In this document: in pieces, positions 62,201-64,000 of the stretch | Layout of the letters: every line of letters begins with the position of its first letter | Position numbering within the stretch: the stretch's first letter is position 1 | Virus record (IMG/VR): IMGVR_UViG_3300014720_000001 | Coordinates: 62,001 to 126,000 of that record | Direction: 5' to 3' (one strand) | DNA: 64,000 nt | The notes under the pieces: generated by a model | Seen by the model: the letters and a program-made list of their open reading frames with translations, nothing else | The model's database searches: none | Told to the model about the DNA's origin: nothing | Translations under genes and position numbers: made by a program

Positions 62201-62365
62201 CCCGATGCCAAAACCAGTCGTTTCGGGCGCGAGTACTGTCGGCCAGCTGGAACGAAGAAGGGCGTCGTTCGCTTCTTGCAGACCCCATACGCCGTTCGCG
62301 CCAGAACGTTTCGGCAACGAGGTATCACGCGCACCGAAGCGCCCGCCAACACGACCGCGACTCAT
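59258..62365 (-). CDS. Tail-fibre/receptor-binding-like protein with three LamG (concanavalin A-like) domains and a C-terminal Ig-like domain
   Basis: Three FT(I/V)E(A/G)W...W(V/T)H(V/I)A(V/L)(V/T)R...R repeats; FTTEPQD...YQWQK...YRVR Ig-like domain. Confidence 0.85.
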   Translation of the reverse strand: MSRGRVGGRFGARDTSLPKRSGANGVWGLQEANDALLRSSWPTVLAPETTGFGIGQNPSDVNASCTFSATFTANAYRTGRWEDPITVSWQKADKNSDTPITGNPWIADDPQTGWGDPQYANAPAPVPYLKQVTTAVPTNSSGDPYFKNVALLMTMDTGFVDLSVNARALQATSGANIRTNFKKYGAASAEFNGSTGVVTTATNNNMALSDAPFTIEAWVYMRSDTMSGCIISEQHAGTPISIAFGFHGPNGFEDLGRRLFFASYNGSWWHIHITAGTDLPLNQWVHVAVVREGNFFYLFYDGVVVGFGVTGSSINSPTLNFNVGKRWDNAGSNPYFDGYIDDLRLTIGVARYPASFSPPTAAFPTSNLDPAFNQVALLVPMTGSNNSLTFTDVSPAPNTLVRGGNLKVTTTVLPDGSNGGAGTFDGTDDALTVSSGSNFTFNGDFTIEGWFKFSNNSKGYQALVMTHSNSDVTGWILLLESNNRLYFYSPMSYWWGGNYWAMGADTGITPPLNTWVHIAVTRSGAVFQIFFNGQVVYGTTYTNPVTAGNTLEIGDYAGVWGATSRGFEGQMAQVRITNGVCRYTANFTPPTLGAQLTWADPDALASAVALFTNFETGLSDISNNRFYGVINGPGGLTSANKKYGTYSLSNASVNFSGDITLPSSFTVEAWFYFNATTTKRYLFSSGTLGVNLTDLYLENSKLYLQINGGSPQTLTGAQHVSAQTWTHIALVRNVASSSSVIRCYVNGLSIGDFTYSGQVGDTTTERTTTIFAAANDYTDELRITRAARYTANFTPPSALNNGTNLYALQVTAAGKRAINGTYYPSVSSNNAYNGKQFYRKADNMYCLFWYDGYWIIHEADGAGNPAGSWQYYNDGYNWKTIQTYPLQFAQPLSVTLALTNLTFADNATYYRIEAKSGFQTAVSDAALLTVEPLSISFTTEPQDTVIDSSVTGSVTFTASATGIGRTTGQTYSSFTYQWQKKGLDGGWQDIPFATGASVTDTALTPGADNGNQYRVRAGCGTTNIGYSRAALLTII

Positions 62366-63369
62366 TAGGCGATCTCCTCATACGAGCAAATGTAGTCGAG
62401 CCGGTTATCCGCACTGGCAAAACAACTGATGCGGTCACCTTCTTCTAAATAAAGCGGATTCTCTTTTGATAATACAGCTAACGTGCCGCCGGCCGGAACT
62501 GTGATTCTGTGCGCTATACGGCTTTCCGCGCCGATGAACGCACTCTGCGACGTTTTGATAACAGCCCCGCCAATACCTGTAATTGCATGCGGCGTCAACA
62601 CGCTGTCCGTAAATGTCGTGGACCCATTTGCGCCGTCGGCGTGCATAAGCAGCACAGTGTTGGCGTTGTTATCTGGAAACGGCGCTGCCGGCGGCGTAAA
62701 GTCACCGGAGTAGCGCGCAATCGTGCTGACGCGCAACTCTTCAAGATAACCATTCGCGTATTGTCCGTCCATGAGGCGGCCAATACGTGGATTATTATTG
62801 TTTGCCGTGACTGTGCTTGTATTAACAAACGACACGCCGGTATCACGTATGCCGTCAACATAAAAACTTATGATGTTACTGGCACGACAAATAGCGACAT
62901 GCGTCCAACGCTGCAGAAAGATTGGGATTGTTGAGTATTGTGTGCCGGGCGCATCAATCCACGCAAGGCGATAAAACCCGTTGTTTGTTACGTAAAATAA
63001 ATAACCCGTTTGATTTGCTGCCGCACGTGTTTCAAGCAAACAAAAATGATTAGGAAGTGAATCTAAGTACACCCATCCTTCAATTGTGAAATCGCCGGTA
63101 AACGTAAGCCCGGTATTGCTGTTCATCGTTAGATATCCGCTGTAGCCGTCAAAATACGCGGATGATGCGCCAGTAACGCCGCCGCGGCGCAGAACGGCAA
63201 TGACATCAGCATTTGCGGTGCCCGTAGTGTTACTGATTAACAGCGTGCCGACACGGAGCGATTTAAAACTGCCGCTTGGATTCAACAGCACATCAACGCC
63301 GTCAGCCGGAATTCTGCCTGTTACTGTCTTACCGTAAATCGCTGTTGTAGAAACAATGTTTGTCGGCAT
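62365..63369 (-). CDS. LamG domain-containing protein
   Basis: Start MPTNIVST (AGGA SD); FTIEGW, WTHVAICR, YLEELRVS. Confidence 0.8.
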   Translation of the reverse strand: MPTNIVSTTAIYGKTVTGRIPADGVDVLLNPSGSFKSLRVGTLLISNTTGTANADVIAVLRRGGVTGASSAYFDGYSGYLTMNSNTGLTFTGDFTIEGWVYLDSLPNHFCLLETRAAANQTGYLFYVTNNGFYRLAWIDAPGTQYSTIPIFLQRWTHVAICRASNIISFYVDGIRDTGVSFVNTSTVTANNNNPRIGRLMDGQYANGYLEELRVSTIARYSGDFTPPAAPFPDNNANTVLLMHADGANGSTTFTDSVLTPHAITGIGGAVIKTSQSAFIGAESRIAHRITVPAGGTLAVLSKENPLYLEEGDRISCFASADNRLDYICSYEEIA

Positions 63370-63370
63370 G

Positions 63371-64000
63371 TCATCCTCCGAGAATAAGTGCAGCCCAAAT
63401 TGAAGGCGGTCCGGGCGGGCCTGATGGGCCGCCGCTAGGACCTGTTGGCCCGGCAGGTCCTGTTGGACCAATCGGCCCAGACTCACCGGTTAAACCGCGT
63501 GCGGCATATACAGGAACACCGCCAATTAAAATAACAGAAGGGTCAGTAGTGGCTTCAACCTCGGGTGGCGGGCCTGCGACGCCTGTCGCGCCCGTTGGAC
63601 CAGTGGGTCCGGTAGCGCCTTGCGCAGCATATACCAACACGCCGTCAACATAAATAGAATCGGACGTCGGGCCTGCTGTAACTGTAAGCCCGGGACCTGT
63701 CGCGCCGGTCGCTCCGGTCGGGCCGTCGATGCCTGTAGCGCCAGTTACACCTGCACCTGTGGCGCCGGTCGCCCCGGCCACACCTGTTGAACCGCGTAAA
63801 CCGCTCGGACCAATTAATCCTGATGGTCCTGTTACGCCAGTCGCGCCTTTCGTACCGGTGGCGCCGATAGCGCCGGATATACCTATAGGCCCGCTGGGTC
63901 CAGCCGGACCTGTCGCGCCGCGCTCACCTTGAATGCCTTGCGGACCAGCTGGCCCAACAATACCGGTCGCACCAACGGGGCCTTGAATGCCGATAACGCC
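63371..64000 (-). CDS. Collagen-like (Gly-X-Y) fibre protein, partial (start beyond the window)
   Basis: The frame is open to 64000 with continuous GXY triplets (GATGATG, GPTGPTG). Confidence 0.85.
   Translation of the reverse strand, partial: GVIGIQGPVGATGIVGPAGPQGIQGERGATGPAGPSGPIGISGAIGATGTKGATGVTGPSGLIGPSGLRGSTGVAGATGATGAGVTGATGIDGPTGATGATGPGLTVTAGPTSDSIYVDGVLVYAAQGATGPTGPTGATGVAGPPPEVEATTDPSVILIGGVPVYAARGLTGESGPIGPTGPAGPTGPSGGPSGPPGPPSIWAALILGG

Noticed and set aside
63371-64000. Tandem DNA repeats near the window end
   Set aside because: Explained by Gly-X-Y collagen coding.

Overview
The window looks like part of a large tailed-phage genome (jumbo-phage-like). Almost all genes are on the minus strand, and the standard genetic code fits. 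1-14.5 kb: presumed virion genes surround a phage multi-subunit RNA polymerase with an unusual layout, in which beta is fused to the N-half of beta' and the C-half of beta' is a separate gene. Both beta' zinc sites appear lost. 14.5-23 kb: membrane and secreted proteins, proteases, holin-like genes and a lone tRNA-Asn. 23-30 kb: an actin-like ATPase, a GIY-YIG endonuclease, dCMP deaminase, a ferritin-like protein, a methyltransferase and PhoH. 30-40 kb: glycine-zipper proteins, an SNF2-like helicase and proteases. Many proteins in 1-44 kb carry a recurrent (E)K-x-A motif, which often falls at domain boundaries. 40-56 kb: short genes, some preceded by a 30-bp bipartite promoter-like motif (7 copies), plus a tmRNA, six tRNAs and two unexplained structured intergenic RNA candidates. 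A third candidate lies at 22.7 kb. 56-64 kb: a glycosyltransferase, thymidine kinase, and LamG and collagen-like tail-fibre-type genes. A planctomycete-like host is only a weak guess from the style of the secreted proteins. All family calls come from motif recognition by eye; no searches were run.
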